From: Gammaproteobacteria bacterium
GTDB lineage: Bacteria > Pseudomonadota > Gammaproteobacteria > Granulosicoccales > Granulosicoccaceae
Assembly (NCBI GenBank): GCA_002746645.1
Contig: PDPU01000010.1
Coordinates: forward strand, 2,947-66,946
Length of the DNA stretch: 64,000 nt
Direction of reading: 5' to 3'
The notes under the pieces are model-generated. The model saw only the letters and a program-made list of their open reading frames with translations, was not told the DNA's origin and ran no database searches. Numbering within the stretch: the stretch's first letter is position 1; the number at the start of each line of letters is the position of its first letter. The position numbers and the translations under genes are program-made. This document shows positions 63,643 through 64,000 of this stretch, one piece after another.

Positions 63643-64000
63643 CAGTCCTCACCCCCTGCGGTGGGCGTCAGCCCGCCTACCGCCACGCCGGCGTCATCGC
63701 GTTCTCTGGCGATCATCACCGACCCCTCGAGCCCCGGCATTTCCATGCCAAGACGTTCGCGCGCGATCTTCTCGATGCGCGCATGATCGGACAGCGTGCT
63801 CTCCTCGATGCGAAGCTGGTTCCATTCGAGATCAAGCTCGCCAATGGCCGACTGCAACCGGGCAATCTCGGCCGTGGCGAGGCGCGACTGGTGCGTGAAC
63901 CAGACGACGCCCAGCGCCGAACTGAACACGAGCGCCACAAGCATCACCAGCATCCATAGTGATCGCGGCCAGACAGCACCACCGACTGCCACTGGAAGCA
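63642..64000 (-). CDS. ftsL: Cell division protein FtsL (5' end may lie outside the window)
   Basis: TM segment SALGVVW..H.SR, coiled coil EWNQL.IEESTL....RIEKIARE.LGM; directly upstream of ftsI. Confidence 0.85.
   Translation of the reverse strand, partial: LPVAVGGAVWPRSLWMLVMLVALVFSSALGVVWFTHQSRLATAEIARLQSAIGELDLEWNQLRIEESTLSDHARIEKIARERLGMEMPGLEGSVMIARERDDAGVAVGGLTPTAGGED

Overview
High-GC gammaproteobacterial chromosome segment (a Granulosicoccus-like marine lineage is only an impression). The conserved backbone is: flagellar regulators (fliA 5' end, fleN, fleQ, flgM), ibpA, tRNA-Ala(GGC), gloB, gltX, a PP2C phosphatase, clpB, pgeF-rluD-bamD, pilS-pilR, a type IVa pilus locus (two pilins, pilB, pilC, pilD), coaE, mutT, argJ, secA, an M23 peptidase, a DciA/DUF721-like gene, lpxC and the dcw cluster (ftsZ to ftsL). 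Four accessory insertions interrupt it. (1) An AbrB-Doc toxin-antitoxin pair lies downstream of clpB. (2) A ~6.6 kb block between pgeF and clpB holds a TPP-riboswitch thiamine-salvage operon, a decayed MNT-HEPN pair and an intact Phd/PemK-like pair. (3) Between argJ and secA is a signal-peptide 'mini-RHS' (DUF6531/YD) protein fused to a PhlA-like phospholipase, followed by an exported ankyrin immunity-like gene. (4) Between DUF721 and lpxC is a TadE-like pseudopilin fused to a helical pre-toxin region, a Hint autoprocessing domain and a restriction-endonuclease-fold (Tox-REase-5-like) toxin, followed by an immunity gene, a frameshifted second immunity copy and an exported protein. Cassettes 3 and 4 are the best candidates for an under-described system: Tad-pilus-linked polymorphic toxins. 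Many housekeeping genes and junctions also carry short tandem duplications. All assignments come from motif recognition by eye; no database search was run.
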